Source of the DNA: Octopus sinensis
Lineage: Eukaryota
DNA length: 64,000 bases
Assembly: GCF_006345805.1 (NCBI RefSeq)
Contig: NC_043019.1
Location: forward strand, 32,815,657-32,879,656
Reading direction: 5' to 3'
Shown: piece by piece, positions 1 through 12,641 of the stretch
How positions within the stretch are numbered: the first letter of the stretch is position 1
How the letters are laid out: every line of letters begins with the position of its first letter
Translations under genes and position numbers: made by a program
Notes under the pieces: model-generated
Database searches by the model: none
Seen by the model: the letters and a program-made list of their open reading frames with translations, nothing else
Told to the model about the DNA's origin: nothing

Positions 1-160
1 CTGCCAGATCAGATTGGAATCTGGGTCGCCATACCTCAGTCAAATCGTCCAACCCATGCTAGCATGGAAAGCGGACGATAAATGATGATGATGAGGATGA
101 TGATTGTTTGCTTTTAGAATGACATTGAAAGGTAGACATGTGAGGCAAGATCTGACCTGT

Positions 161-387
161 TTAACCCTTTAGTATTTAAACCGGCCATATCCGGCCAAAA
201 TAGCTAGTCTGTTTTATGTTCAAATTGACCAGATCCAGGCTCTCACACTTACCCTACAATGTTATTCTACATTAAGTAATTACACCATCAAGATCTTGAA
301 GATATGAGATAATGCATGATTAGTTCAAATCAATTGGAATCAATAGGCATTATGTTTGATTGAATAATCTGAACACTAAAGGGTTAA
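161..387. mobile_element. piggyBac-like MITE
   Basis: TTAA-CCCTTTAGT...ACTAAAGGG-TTAA. Confidence 0.7.
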
Positions 388-1589
388 ACATAAAATCCTG
401 TAGGCTATTTTGGCCAGTCATGCCTGGTTTAAATGCGAAAGGGTTAGTTCTGTCCCGAAGCTTGAAGCCTATTCTCCCTGCTCAGACATGTCAATTCTAT
501 TGTAGTCAGTTTTGTTCGAGTCAATTCAACTGTGACAGATCCAAAGGCAAAATGAGTATTAAAACAGTCGATAAATATGAACTACATCAATGACATCTGC
601 TGTAAACACTAAACCTTTTATTCAACAAGCCTTTTCATTCCATAATGTTTTTGTGTTTCTACACTATAAGAAGACAATAAAATTATATTTAAGTGCTGCT
701 TTCCTGAATCAATAAGAACCAGTTGATCTCTATTGAAAGTTTACAGTAAATTGAAGCATTGAATATTAACTGACAAGTCTAAACCTGACTGAAGTCCCTA
801 GTTTAAACAAGGATTCTCTGGTGTGGGCTGGTGACAATAAATGTGTTGTGAACTCTCAGAACAAATGTAGCACTCATAATGGGTTTTTCTGATAGTTTTA
901 CAAATCGGTACAGTTTGAGACGTTGTTTCAACAGAAATAAGCGAGAACACTTTTAAATATGTGAATATACAGGCGCTGGAGTGGCTGTCTGGTAAGTAGC
1001 TTGCTTATCAACCACATGGTTCCGAGTTCAGTCCCACTGTGAGGAACCTTGGGCAAGTGTCTTCTACTATAGCCTTTGGGCTGACCAAAGCCTTGTGAGT
1101 GGATTTGGTAGACGGAAACTGAAAGAAGCTTGTCGTATATATGTTTTTCTACCTATTATATACATTATATTATTTTTGTAATTTACTTAATCTTTACTTT
1201 TTAATTGTTGTTTTAATTTTAACTTTTCTATTATTTGTAATTTTCTAGATGGTGTAATTTAATTATTCGTTTTGAATTGATAGAAGGTGGTCTTTTCTAA
1301 TATTTCATAAATATATATGTATTATATTGTGTGGAATTTGATTTAGTATTTCTAAATTGAATTCTTTTTCCTTGGTAGTTTGGATTTTATTCCCTCAAAT
1401 AATAAGTCTGTCTGTCTGTCTGTCTGCCCGCCCGCCCGTTAAAGTGAAATGGTTTTATTCAAATATTAGGATAGCCTTTGTTCAATGTTGTATTTTCAAA
1501 AGTCAAAACATGTGTAGAACTCTGTGTGTGTGTGTGCGTGCGTGTGTGTGTGTGAGTTTAATACAGTTTACTTAGCAAATTTGGTCCTT

Positions 1590-1627
<38 letters not shown>

Positions 1628-2082
1628 CTGGCCTAACCAAAGCCTTGGAAGTGGATTTGGTAGACAAGCTAAAAGAAACTTGTATGTATGCATGTATGTA
1701 CGTACGTATGTATGTATTTATGTATGTCTTTGTGTCTGTGCTTGTCTTCCCACCATTGCTTCACAACCAACGTTGGTGTGTTTATATCCTTATAACTTAA
1801 CAGTTCGGCAAAAGAGACTGATAGAATAAGTACTAGACTTACAAAGAATAAGTCCTGGGGTTGATTTCTTTGACTAAAAAACTTTGTAAGATGGTGCTCC
1901 AGCATGGCCGCAGTGAAATGACTGAAACCAGTAAAAGAATGTGTGTGTGTATACACATACACAGGATTAGAGAGAGAGAGAAAGAGAAATGACCAGTGAA
2001 CGAGAGTCAGAGAGAGTTATGGAAAGAGTGTAATGATGATCACAGCATGTTTTAAAATGGTATGTTGTCACTCTTGTTGCAG

Positions 2083-2179
2083 GTGAGTTTGCCAACAACC
2101 TGCCTGATTACCAAAAGATTGATACCATGATGTTTGTATTGGGAAAATTACCTCAGAAAACCAATCATGAAGACTATGG
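2083..2179 (+). CDS. EFR3: EFR3 internal exon (G)EFANNLPDYQKIDTMMFVLGKLPQKTNHEDYG
   Basis: ttgcag|...|gtaagt; resembles recalled human EFR3A FFGSNLPDYQRSEIMMFIMGKVP; ends phase 2, matching the next exon. Confidence 0.92.
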
Positions 2180-3287
2180 GTAAGTGATTCTCTCTCTATA
2201 TTGCTTATCTCACATAACTATATATTTTTCTTGCAGATAGCACCCTGGGAAATTTTCTAATATCATTAATTTAAATCACCTTATCATACACGTAATATAT
2301 TCACCTTTGTGTCAATCTTTGGCATGGCAGTTAAATGTTTGTCTATGCCTTGCTGAAAAGGCCTCATTATACCGAAACACATCCATAATTGTCTCTGTAC
2401 TTACAAGAGATCAGACTCTCTTCCCATTACATTTCCCATGTAAATTTTTATTGATCTCAATTTATGGAGATCATTTCCTAATTGTTTAATTTTTAAGAAG
2501 TTTAGTGGTGTTTTTTATGTGCCACCTGCATAGGAGTCAGTCCAGTGGCACTGGCAACGACTTCGCTCAAATGTTTTGTTCATGTGCCACCAGCACAAGT
2601 GCTAGTAAGGTGACGCTGGTAACGATCATGCTCAAATGGTGCTTTTTACGTGCCACCGGCACAGAAGCCAGACAGCTGCTCTGGCAGTGATCCCGCTCGG
2701 ATGGAGCTGTTAGCGCTCAATTGGCATGGGTGCCAGTCATCGAATTTGGTTCAATTTCGATTTCACTTGCCCCAACAGGTCTTCGCAAGCAGAGTTTAGT
2801 GTCCAATGAAGGGATGTTGGCATGGGTGAGGCCTAATGTTCGAAGGTCGTGCTTCAGCACCTCATCCCAGGTTTTCCTGGGTCTACCTCTTCCACAGGTT
2901 CCCTCAACCGCTAGGGTGTGGCACTTTTTCACACAGCTATCTTCATCCATTCTTGCCACATGACCATACCAGCACAATTGTCTCTCTTGCACACCACAAC
3001 TGATGCCTGTAAACTGAAATTTCGATTTCACTTGCCCCAACAGGTCTTCGCAAGCAGAGTTTAGTGTCCACACAGCCACTTACGAACCACATGGTTCCCG
3101 GTTCAGTCCTACTGGATCAACAGTATCAGCACTTCACAATCTCTGGGTCACAGCCTTTATTCTGCAAAAGATGCAAAGACAGAGTCTTTTACTTCTAAGT
3201 AGAATTTCACGAGATAAAAGAATGGTGAATGGGCTTAATGGATTCCTGTTGTATAGTTTATGCTATGTCCTCGTTATTTGGTATAAA

Positions 3288-3296
3288 GTTAGTTAA

Positions 3297-3327
<31 letters not shown>

Positions 3328-3640
3328 ATTTGGCTCAAAAGCAAATAGCAAGGCCATGTAGGGGGACATGGAGTTAAGTACAGGGTGGTGTTCATGTAAA
3401 GAGTTCAGGCCACTTGAGGTCCAGGGAGGCTTTGAACAAAGCATCTTCACCATCTCGTCTGGCAGCTTGTTCCACGGATCCGCAACCCGGACGGAGAAAG
3501 CTCCTCTCCTTCGATTGAGATGAAATCGTCGCAAGTAGAGCTTTTCGGAATGACCCCGCAGCCGACGCTCTGGAGTAGGAGTGAAGAACAGCTCTTTTGA
3601 GAGGTTACACTTTCCGCTTATGATCCCTTATGTTATGTTC
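3288..3640 (-). mobile_element. CR1-like LINE 3' end with (TAAC)n tail
   Basis: RRGAFSVRVADPWNKLPDEMV resembles the CR1 C-terminal FFSxRVxxxWNxLP motif. Confidence 0.7.
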
Positions 3641-4292
3641 TCTCTGAAGGTGCATGGCACAGTGGTTAGAGCGTTAGGCTCACAATCATGAGGTTGTGAG
3701 TTCGATTCCCTGGCCGGGCTATGTGCTGTGTTCTTGAGCAAGACACTTTATTTCACATTGCTCCAGTTCACTCATCTGTAGAAATGAGTTGTGATGTCAC
3801 TGGTGCCAAACTGTATCGGTGTTTCCCTTGGATAACATCGATGGCATAGAGAGCGGGAGGCTGGTATGCATGGGTGAGCTGGCAGAAACGTTAGCACGCC
3901 GGGCGAGATACGTAGCCGTATTTCGTCTGCCGTTACGTTCTGAGTACAAATTCCACCAAGGTCGACTTTGCCTTTCATCCTTTCGGGGTCGATAAATTAA
4001 GTACCAGTTATGCACTGGAGTCGATGTAATTGACTTAATCTGTGTGTCTGTGCTTGTTTGTCCCCTCTGTGTTTAGCCCCTTTTGGGTAGTAAAGAAATA
4101 GGTATGCATGGGTGACTGCTGGTCTTCCATAAACAATCTTGCCCAGACTTGTGCCTCGGAGGGGGACTTTCTAAGTGCAATCCCTTGGTCATTCATCACC
4201 GAAGGGGTTCTTTACCCTGTATAGTTTATGTTCTATCCTCTTTATTTGGTAGAAACTACTTCTTAGGTTATGTTTTTTTTTTCTGTTTTCAG

Positions 4293-4347
4293 GACACCGC
4301 CAATAGATATTCAACTACAGAACATGTTATTGAAGACTCTGTTAAAA
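4293..4347 (+). CDS. EFR3: EFR3 exon (G)TPPIDIQLQNMLLKTLLK
   Basis: ttttcag|...|gtaagt; 55 nt, phase 2 to 0; similar to IQIMLLRSLL. Confidence 0.88.
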
Positions 4348-4647
4348 GTAAGTTAGTGATACATACTGCTTATCGTCATCATCATCATCATTCTCATCAT
4401 CACCACCACCACCACCACCACACTGATCACTATCATCATCATCCCCTCCATCACCTGTCATCTTCACCATCGTTGTTGCTGTTATATTGTTATTAGCAAT
4501 GTGTCAACACAAAAACTACCACCACCACCACCACCACTATCGCCATTGTCATTCTTGTCATTACCATCCTGACTACACAACTCTCATTGCCATCCTCACC
4601 GTCATCTCTACCACCACCACCACCACTACCGTCGCCATCATTGTCAT

Positions 4648-5824
4648 CACCACCTCCATCATCGACCTTTGCCACCACCTCCATCATCGACCTTTGCCAC
4701 CACCTCCATCATCGACCTTTGCCACCACCTCCATCATCGACCTTTGCCACCACCTCCATCATCGACCTTTGCCACCACCTCCATCATCGACCTTTGCCAC
4801 CACCTCCATCATCGACCTTTGCCACCACCTCCATCATCGACCTTTGCCACCACCTCCATCATCGACCTTGCCACCACCTCCATCATCGACCTTGCCACCA
4901 CCTCCATCATCGACCTTTGCCACCACCTCCATCATCGACCTTTGCCACCACCTCCATCATCGACCTTTGCCACCACCTCCATCATCGACCTTTGCCACCA
5001 CCTCCATCATCGACCTTTGCCACCACCTCCATCATCGACCTTGCCACCACCTCCATCATCGACCTTTGCCACCACCTCCATCATCGACCTTTGCCACCAC
5101 CTCCATCATCGACCTTTGCCACCACTCCATCATCGACCTTTGCCACCACCTCCATCATCGACCTTTGCCACCACCTCCATCATCGACCTTTGCCACCACC
5201 TCCATCATCGACCTTTGCCACCACCTCCATCATCGACCTTTGCCACCACCTCCATCATCGACCTTTGCCACCACCTCCATCATCGACCTTTGCCACCACC
5301 TCCATCATCGACCTTGCCACCACCTCCATCATCGACCTTGCCACCACCTCCATCATCGACCTTTGCCACCACCTCCATCATCGACCTTTGCCACCACCTC
5401 CATCATCGACCTTTGCCACCACCTCCATCATCGACCTTTGCCACCACCTCCATCATCGACCTTTGCCACCACCTCCATCATCGACCTTTGCCACCACCTC
5501 CATCATCGACCTTTGCCACCACCTCCATCATCGACCTTGCCACCACCTCCATCATCGACCTTGCCACCACCTCCATCATCGACCTTTGCCACCACCTCCA
5601 TCATCGACCTTTGCCACCACCTCCATCATCGACCTTTGCCACCACCTCCATCATCGACCTTTGCCACCACCTCCATCATCGACCTTTGCCACCACCTCCA
5701 TCATCGACCTTTGCCACCACCTCCATCATCGACCTTTGCCACCACCTCCATCATCGACCTTTGCCACCACCTCCATCATCGACCTTTGCCACCACCTCCA
5801 TCATCGACCTTTGCCACCACCTCC
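4648..5824. repeat. 25-bp minisatellite (ccaccacctccatcatcgacctttg), about 47 units, with 24-bp variants
   Basis: direct reading; 25-aa periodicity in all three + frames. Confidence 0.97.
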
Positions 5825-6988
5825 GCCAACATCATCACTGCCATCGACGCCACCACCACCACTACAACCACCATCATCATAACTCCCCTCCCCTTGCTTC
5901 ATGTTCAACATCATTGTCGTATTGTTCTCATCATTGTCATTGGCATCACCACCACCACCACCACCATCATATTCTCATCATCAATTATCCTAACTACACA
6001 ACCATCATGTTGTCATCACAACCACTTTCTTATCATTATTGGATATCTCTTTATCTCATTGATTTCAGAAGGAAAGTGGGCAAAGTTGACCTACTCTCTT
6101 AAAATCACAAACATTTTATGACTTTGTCTGAATATAATGAATCATTTTAATCATCATTATCAATCAATTGAATGTTAGAAAACAAAAGAAATTCATCATC
6201 ATTATCATCATCATCATCATCATTGTTTAACGTCCGCTTTCCATGCTAGCATGGGTTGGACGATTTGACAGAGGACTGGCAAACCAGATGGCTGCACCAG
6301 GCTCCAATCTGATCTGGCAGAGTTTCTACAGCTGGATGCCCTTCCTAACACCAGCCACTCCGAGAGTGTAGTGGGTGCTTTTATGTGCCACCGCCACGAG
6401 GGCCACTCACGTGGTACTGGCAACAGCCTCACTCGAAATGGTGTTTTTTATGTGCCACCTGCACAGGAGTCAGTCCAGTGGCACTGGCAACGACTTCGCT
6501 CAAATGTTTTGTTCATGTGCCACCAGCACAAGTGCTAGTAAGGTGACGCTGGTAACGATCATGCTCAAATGGTGCTTTTTACGTGCCACCGGCACAGAAG
6601 CCAGACAGCTGCTCTGGCAGTGATCCCGCTCGGATGGAGCTGTTAGCACTCAATTGGCACGGGTGCCAGTCATCGAATTTGGTTCAATTTCGATTTCACT
6701 TGCCCCAACAGGTCTTCGCAAGCAGAGTTTAGTGTCCAATGAAGGGATGTTGGCATGGGTGAGGCCTAATGTTCGAAGGTTGTGCTTCAGCACCTCATCC
6801 CAGGTTTTCCTGGGTCTACCTCTTCCACGGGTTCCCCCAGGCCGCTAGGGTGTGGCACTTTTTCACACAGCTATCTTCATCCATTCTTGCCACATGACCA
6901 TACCAGCACAATTGTCTCTCTTGCACACCACAACTGATGCTTGTAAACTGAAATGTTGAAACTTATTTTTTTTATTATTATTATTATT

Positions 6989-7541
6989 GAGTGAGAGAGC
7001 AGTGCATGCCATCAAAGTGACACTGGGGTAAAATATACGAAGCCCAATATACCCATCATGACTACCCGTCTGATAAAGGTACACCAGGCACATGCATCAC
7101 AACCATATGTGCGCGACATGGTGATCTCATATCAAGATAAACAGCACATGACCTTGCAGGTGGGGCCCAGTTAGAATTTTCTTCAGGTTGAGTAGCCCAT
7201 CCCGCTCAAAAGGTCTCTGAATAAGGGTTGTTTAAGGATGTTGAAAGAACCACCCATGTTTCCAGAGGTGAATTATTCAAACCCCAAAGAATCCCTCTCA
7301 ACACATGGCTATGATGCTCCCCCACTACTTCTGCTCGTGATCAGAGATGCACATATCGTCAGCCACTAAGGGGCATGCTCAACTGCTTAAGGTCAAACAA
7401 CTGACAAGCAAATCTGTGGTATTGAGCAGAATATTTGCTGTAGCCCATCTTTTATACCAAGACAAAACAATGTACATGATAGCACTTCCAATCAGTTAAG
7501 ATCAGAAGCCATGAGAGCCACTGCCTGGTACTGCATCAGGG

Positions 7542-7543
<2 letters not shown>
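6989..7543. mobile_element. ~560-bp non-coding element embedded in (ATT)n; partial copies at ~19640-19925 and ~58893-59290
   Basis: three near-identical dispersed copies with ATT-repeat boundaries. Confidence 0.75.
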
Positions 7544-7580
<37 letters not shown>

Positions 7581-7846
7581 TATTAAGGTGGTGAGCTAGC
7601 AGAATCGTTAGCATGGTGGGTGAAATGCTTAGTGGTATTTCGTCTGCTGCTACATTCTGAGTTCAAATTCTGCCAAGGTCAACTGTGCCTTTCATCCTTT
7701 CAGGGTCGATAAACACTGGGAGCAATATGTAATCAACTAGTCACCTCCCCACAAAATTTCAGGCTTTTTGCCTATAGTAGAAAGGATTATTATTAAGGTG
7801 GTGAGCTCGCAGTATTGTTAGCACTGTCTCTCCCTTTTGTTTAAAT

Positions 7847-9325
7847 CAGGGGTTCTCAACCATTTTTTTTTTTTAATTGTGAACCCCTTTGGTTCCTATT
7901 TTACTTGGGTGGATCCCTATAGTCATTCAATGTTTAACAAATCGTATTATCATCATCGTTTAACGTCCGTTTTCCGTGCTAGCACGGGTTGGACGGTTCG
8001 ACTGGGGTCTGAGAAGCCAGGAGGCTGCACCAGGCTCCAGTCTGATCTGGCAGTGTTTCTACAGCTGGATGCTCTTCCTAACGCCAACCACTCCGTGAGT
8101 GTAGTGGGTGCTTTTTATGTGCCACCAGCACAGATGCCAGGGGAGGCTGGCAGCGGCCACGATCGGTTGGTGCTTTTTACGTGCCGCCGGCACAGAAGCC
8201 AGTCAAGGCGGCGCTGGCACCGGCCACGTTCGGATGGTGCTTTTTACGTGCCACCGGCACAGGTATCACAACTACAGTTTCCATTTAATATTTATTTTGA
8301 TGTCGATGTACTTGACTCAATAGGTCTACTCAAGCATGGCAGGTCACCATACGATCCAAGGTAAGCACAGCAGGTCGTACTGCAATCCAAGGTACTTCGG
8401 ATGGGCTGGGGCTATGCGAAACTGGTGCAGGAAGCAGCCATGAACTCACATTATTTGTCGGGTCTTTGCAGTTATTTTTATAATCAAATATATTTTTATG
8501 AAGTGTATAAAAATTGCTTAATTATTTTGTGTGTTGTGCAGGTATAATCAATTTATTGCACACAAACTTTACTGGTCTAAGCACAATTTATTCATGACCC
8601 CTGAAAAATTACTGTGGACCCCCCCCCCCCCCAGTTTACTATATTGCATCTGTGGACCGCAGAAATTTTATATGGACCCCGGTTCAGAACCCCTGGTTTA
8701 CTATATTGTATCTGTGGACCGCAGAAATTTTATATGGACCCCGGTTGGAGAACCCCTGGTTTACTATATAGTATCTGTGGACCGCAGAAATTTTATATGG
8801 ACCCCGGTTGGAGAACCCCTGGTTTACTATATTGTATCTGTGGACTGCAGAAATTTTATATGGACTCCGGTTGGAGAACCCCTGGTTTACTATATTGTAT
8901 CTGTGGACCGCAGAAATTTTATATGGACTCCGGTTGGAGAACTCCTGGTTTACTATATTGTATCTGTGGACTGCAGAAATTTTATATGGACCCCGGTTGG
9001 AGAACCCCTGGTTTACTATATTGTATCTGTGGACCGCAGAAATTTTATATGGACTCCGGTTGGAGAACCCCTGGTTTACTATATTGTATCTGTGGACCGC
9101 AGAAATTTTATATGGACCCCGGTTGGAGAACCCCTGGTTTACTATATTGTATTTGTGGACCGCAGAAATTTTATATGGACCCCGGTTGGAGAACCCCTGG
9201 TTTACTATATTGTATCTGTGGACCGCAGAAATTTTATATGGACTCCGGTTGGAGAACCCCTGGTTTACTATATTGTATCTGTGGACCGCAGAAATTTTAT
9301 ATGGACCCCGGTTGGAGAACCCCTG
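7847..9325. mobile_element. Non-autonomous hAT (Charlie-like) DNA transposon with a nested insertion and an amplified right end
   Basis: left TIR CAGGGGTTCTCAACC (7847-7861), right TIR GGTTGGAGAACCCCTG (9310-9325), 8-bp TSD GTTTAAAT (7839-7846 and 9326-9333). Confidence 0.85.
8634..9325. repeat. 63-bp tandem repeat, 11 units
   Basis: unit gtttactatattgtatctgtggaccgcagaaattttatatggaccccggttggagaacccctg; 8696+10x63=9326. Confidence 0.97.
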
Positions 9326-9374
9326 GTTTAAATCAACAGCAATTGCAATAAAGGATTATTTCTGCCCATTTCAG

Positions 9375-9547
9375 GTGGCGACCAAATACCAAACAGTTGT
9401 CATGATGAATGCTTTCCCACCAGAATTCCTCATTCCCTTGTTGAAGATGTCGCAGGTGGAGGAGCCTGCTTTGCGTCTCATTGTGCAAGACATCCTCCAC
9501 ACCCTCATTGATCGCCATGGAAACACTCAGAAGCTGAAGAACGTCTG
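9375..9547 (+). CDS. EFR3: EFR3 exon VATKYQTVVMMNAFPPEFLIPLLKMSQVEEPALRLIVQDILHTLIDRHGNTQKLKNV
   Basis: tttcag|...|gtcagt; similar to ALPGSFLDPLLSPSLMEDYELRQLVLEVMHNLMDRHDN; phase 0 to 2. Confidence 0.93.
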
Positions 9548-10520
9548 GTCAGTATCCTTCTTTCTTGTCTATCGACCTTTATTCATTCCTTCCTTCAACA
9601 CTACTGCCTCTTCTGCTGGCACTACTATCACTACAACAGCTGCAGCTACTGCTACTACTACCACTACTACCACTACTGTTGCTGCTGCTGCTACTGCGAA
9701 TATAATCCCATACACCGCCACTATGATTAATATTATTACCAACGCTGCTGTCATCAACTCCATAGAGTTTATTGGGTGCGTTTAACATGGCACCAGCACA
9801 AGTGCCCCTTGTGTGGTACCGGCATGGGCGCCCCTTGCTGTCATCACTATTACTACAACTGCTGCCAAACACTGCAAATCTCCCGGTTTGGTTTGAGTAC
9901 AGGCAGTTTCATATCGCCTTTAGAAATAGCAGTTAAATCTCCCTCAGATCATGGTGACATGGTGACCCCCTTCGGTCAGACACTGACCATGGGTTTGCAT
10001 CTAGAGAGTTACCCTCCGAGGCACAAGTCTGGGCAAGGTTGTTTTTTATGGAAGACCAGCAGTCGCCCATGCATACCGGCCCCCCCTCTCCACGCCACCA
10101 GTGTTGTCCAAGGTAAAGGCAAAGGGGCCGATACAGCTTGGCACCTGTGATGTCACAACTCATTTCTACAGCTGAGTGAACTGGAGCAACGTGAAATAAA
10201 GTGTCTTGCTCAAGAACACAACACGCAGCCCGGTCCAGGATTCGAGCTCACAACCTCACGATCGTAAGCTCGACGCTCTAACCACTGTTGTTCATGTTTT
10301 CTCAACTCTTTCACATCGACCATCACGATCCCACACAGCATTTGGGGAGTTGAGCAGGGAGGGCAACATCCTATGGCTGTACACCTCTCGTCTATGAAGG
10401 TTTATGTGGCTGTATGGTCAACCAGTGTATATCAGTATTAGGGGGGACCCTAGGAAAGCATCACTAATGAGTTCATGCTAGCCTTTGCAGCATCATCCAA
10501 CAAAAGAGCTTTGTGTGTGT

Positions 10521-10905
10521 CTCTCTCTCTCTCCCTCTTTCTCTCTCTCCCTCCCTCTTTCTCTCTCTCCCTCCCTCTTTCTCTCTCCCTCTTTCTTTCT
10601 CCCTCCTCTCTCTCTCTCCCTCCCTCTTTTCCTCCTTCTCTCTCTCCCCTCCCTTTTCCTCTCTCCCCTCCCTTTTCCTCTCTCCCCTCCCTTTTCCTCT
10701 CTCCCCTCCCTTTTCCTCTCTCCCCTCCCTTTTCCTCTCTCTCTCCCTCTTTCTCTCTCCCTCTTTCTCTCTCTCCCTCTTTCTCTCTCTCCCTCCCCCT
10801 TTCTCTCCCTCCCCCTTTCTCTCTCTCCCTCTTTCTCTCTCTCCCTCTTTCTCTCCCTCTTTCTCTCTCCCTCCTCTCTCTCCCCCTCTCTTTTTCTCTC
10901 TCTCT
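10521..10905 (+). repeat. ~385-nt pure C/T tract
   Basis: no purines seen on + strand; internal ~19-bp cttttcctctctcccctcc repeats. Confidence 0.92.
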
Positions 10906-12244
10906 AGTGACATCCGTGATTACAAGAAGACTTGTCTTCATTTGGTGAGATGCTTTTACCAAGGGATATGTCATCATCACCATCATCATCATCTAGACAT
11001 AAGCATGGCTGCATGAAAAGAGGCTTGCTTCCCAGCCACACGGTTCTAGGTTCAATCTCATTGTACGGCACTTAGGGCGAGTGTCTTTTGCTCTAGCCTC
11101 AGGTTGACCAGAACCTTGTGAGTGGATTTGGTAGATGGCAACTGAAAGGAGCCCACCATACATATCTGTGTGTGTGTGTGTGCGTGCGTGCGTATGCACC
11201 CCCACCCCCACCCTGTACCACTTCATAACCAGTGCTGGTGTGTTTGTGCTCCTGTGACTTAGCAGTTCAGCTAAAGAAACTGCTAGAATAAGTACCTGGT
11301 TTAACACAAAATGATAAGTACTGGGGTTAATTCATTCAACGAAAATTTCCTCAGAGCAATTCCCCAGCATGGCCGGAGTGTAATGACTGAAGCAAGTAAA
11401 AGATATAAAATAGATAAATAGATTTAATGTCTGTTTTCCATGCTGGCATGGGTTGGATGGTTTGACCAAAGCTGCTAAATCCAAGGGTTGGCACCAGGCT
11501 TCATTGTCCCTTCTGGCGTGGTTTCAATGGCTGGATGCCCTTCTTAATGCCAACCACTCCATGGGGTTTATTGGGTGCGTTTAACATGGCACCAGCACAA
11601 GTGCCCCTTGTGTGGTAACGGCACGGGCGCCCCCTGCGTGGCACCGGCACAAGTGTCCCCCTGTGTGGTACCGGCACGGGCGCCACCTGCATGGCACCAG
11701 CACAGGCGCTCCATGGGTGCTCCTAGTGTGGAACCACCACGGGCGCTCCCAGTGTGGAACTCCTAGTGTGGCACTGGCACTGGTATCAACTCTGCCATTG
11801 AAGATGGGTCTATGTTGACATAAGTGGCATCCAGCCATGCCACCTGGTGTTTTTGGTGAGTTTCCAAGCAGTGTGTCCATACAACAGCATCGATTCCATT
11901 ATAGCATGCAAGAAGCTTTTCTTAAGGTCACCAATAAGCAATGACATCTAGATGACACTGAAGCCATCAAGAACAGCTCATGCTTCTTTCAAGACAAATT
12001 CTTTCCATTGTTTTAAGTGAATGTCTTGCTTAACCTTTCAGCTTGACCCAGATTTCTCAGTCAGGTGTAATGCTTTTTTATTCACACTGACATGAATTAG
12101 TCATGCAATACTTTGTAGCTTTGAGATTTCAATGGTATGCTTGCTTGTTTTTAGAATAATATTGTAGGGTAAGTGTGAGAGATCTGGCTTGTTTGAAGAT
12201 AAAGCAGGTTGATTATTTTGACTGGATTTGGCCAGTTTAAATGC

Positions 12245-12473
12245 TTAACCCTTTTGTTACTAACCCGGCCAAAACCGGCTCTGGCTCTGTGGTAAAATGT
12301 CTTGTTTTCATAAGTTCTGAATTAAAATCTTCCACCAAACCTTAGTCACAATTTCTGTTCCTAACACTAGCTGAATGATAACTAAGTTATTTTACTAAAT
12401 TCTTTGTTATATTTTAAAATAATTGAAAGAAACACAGAACATCTCAAAATAAATACGGTAACGAAAGGGTTAA
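12245..12473. mobile_element. piggyBac-like MITE
   Basis: TTAA-CCCTTTTGTTAC...GTAACGAAAGGG-TTAA. Confidence 0.75.
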
Positions 12474-12571
12474 AGGTTAAATATACAAGATTCAAGCCAT
12501 TGTTTTTCATCAAAGAAATTTCTTTCTAAAATAATGTTTTTTTTATATTTTTTGATATTTCATTTGTTCAG

Positions 12572-12641
12572 CATGTTGAAGGACCTCTCTGAGCTGACCA
12601 TTGAAACCACCCCACGTCAAGATATCATGTTTATGAAGAAG
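12572..12641 (+). CDS. EFR3: EFR3 exon (C)MLKDLSELTIETTPRQDIMFMKK
   Basis: gttcag|...|gtaagt; RQDxxFMKK motif; phase 2 to 0. Confidence 0.92.

Noticed and set aside
3288-3330. (GTTA)n as telomere-like repeat
   Set aside because: It is the 3' tail of the adjacent CR1-like LINE
4487-6121. His/Pro-rich ORFs of 431-544 aa
   Set aside because: Translation of a 25-bp minisatellite
8634-9325. CRISPR-like array (also the 78-bp array)
   Set aside because: Whole units repeat with no unique spacers; eukaryotic intron; no cas genes
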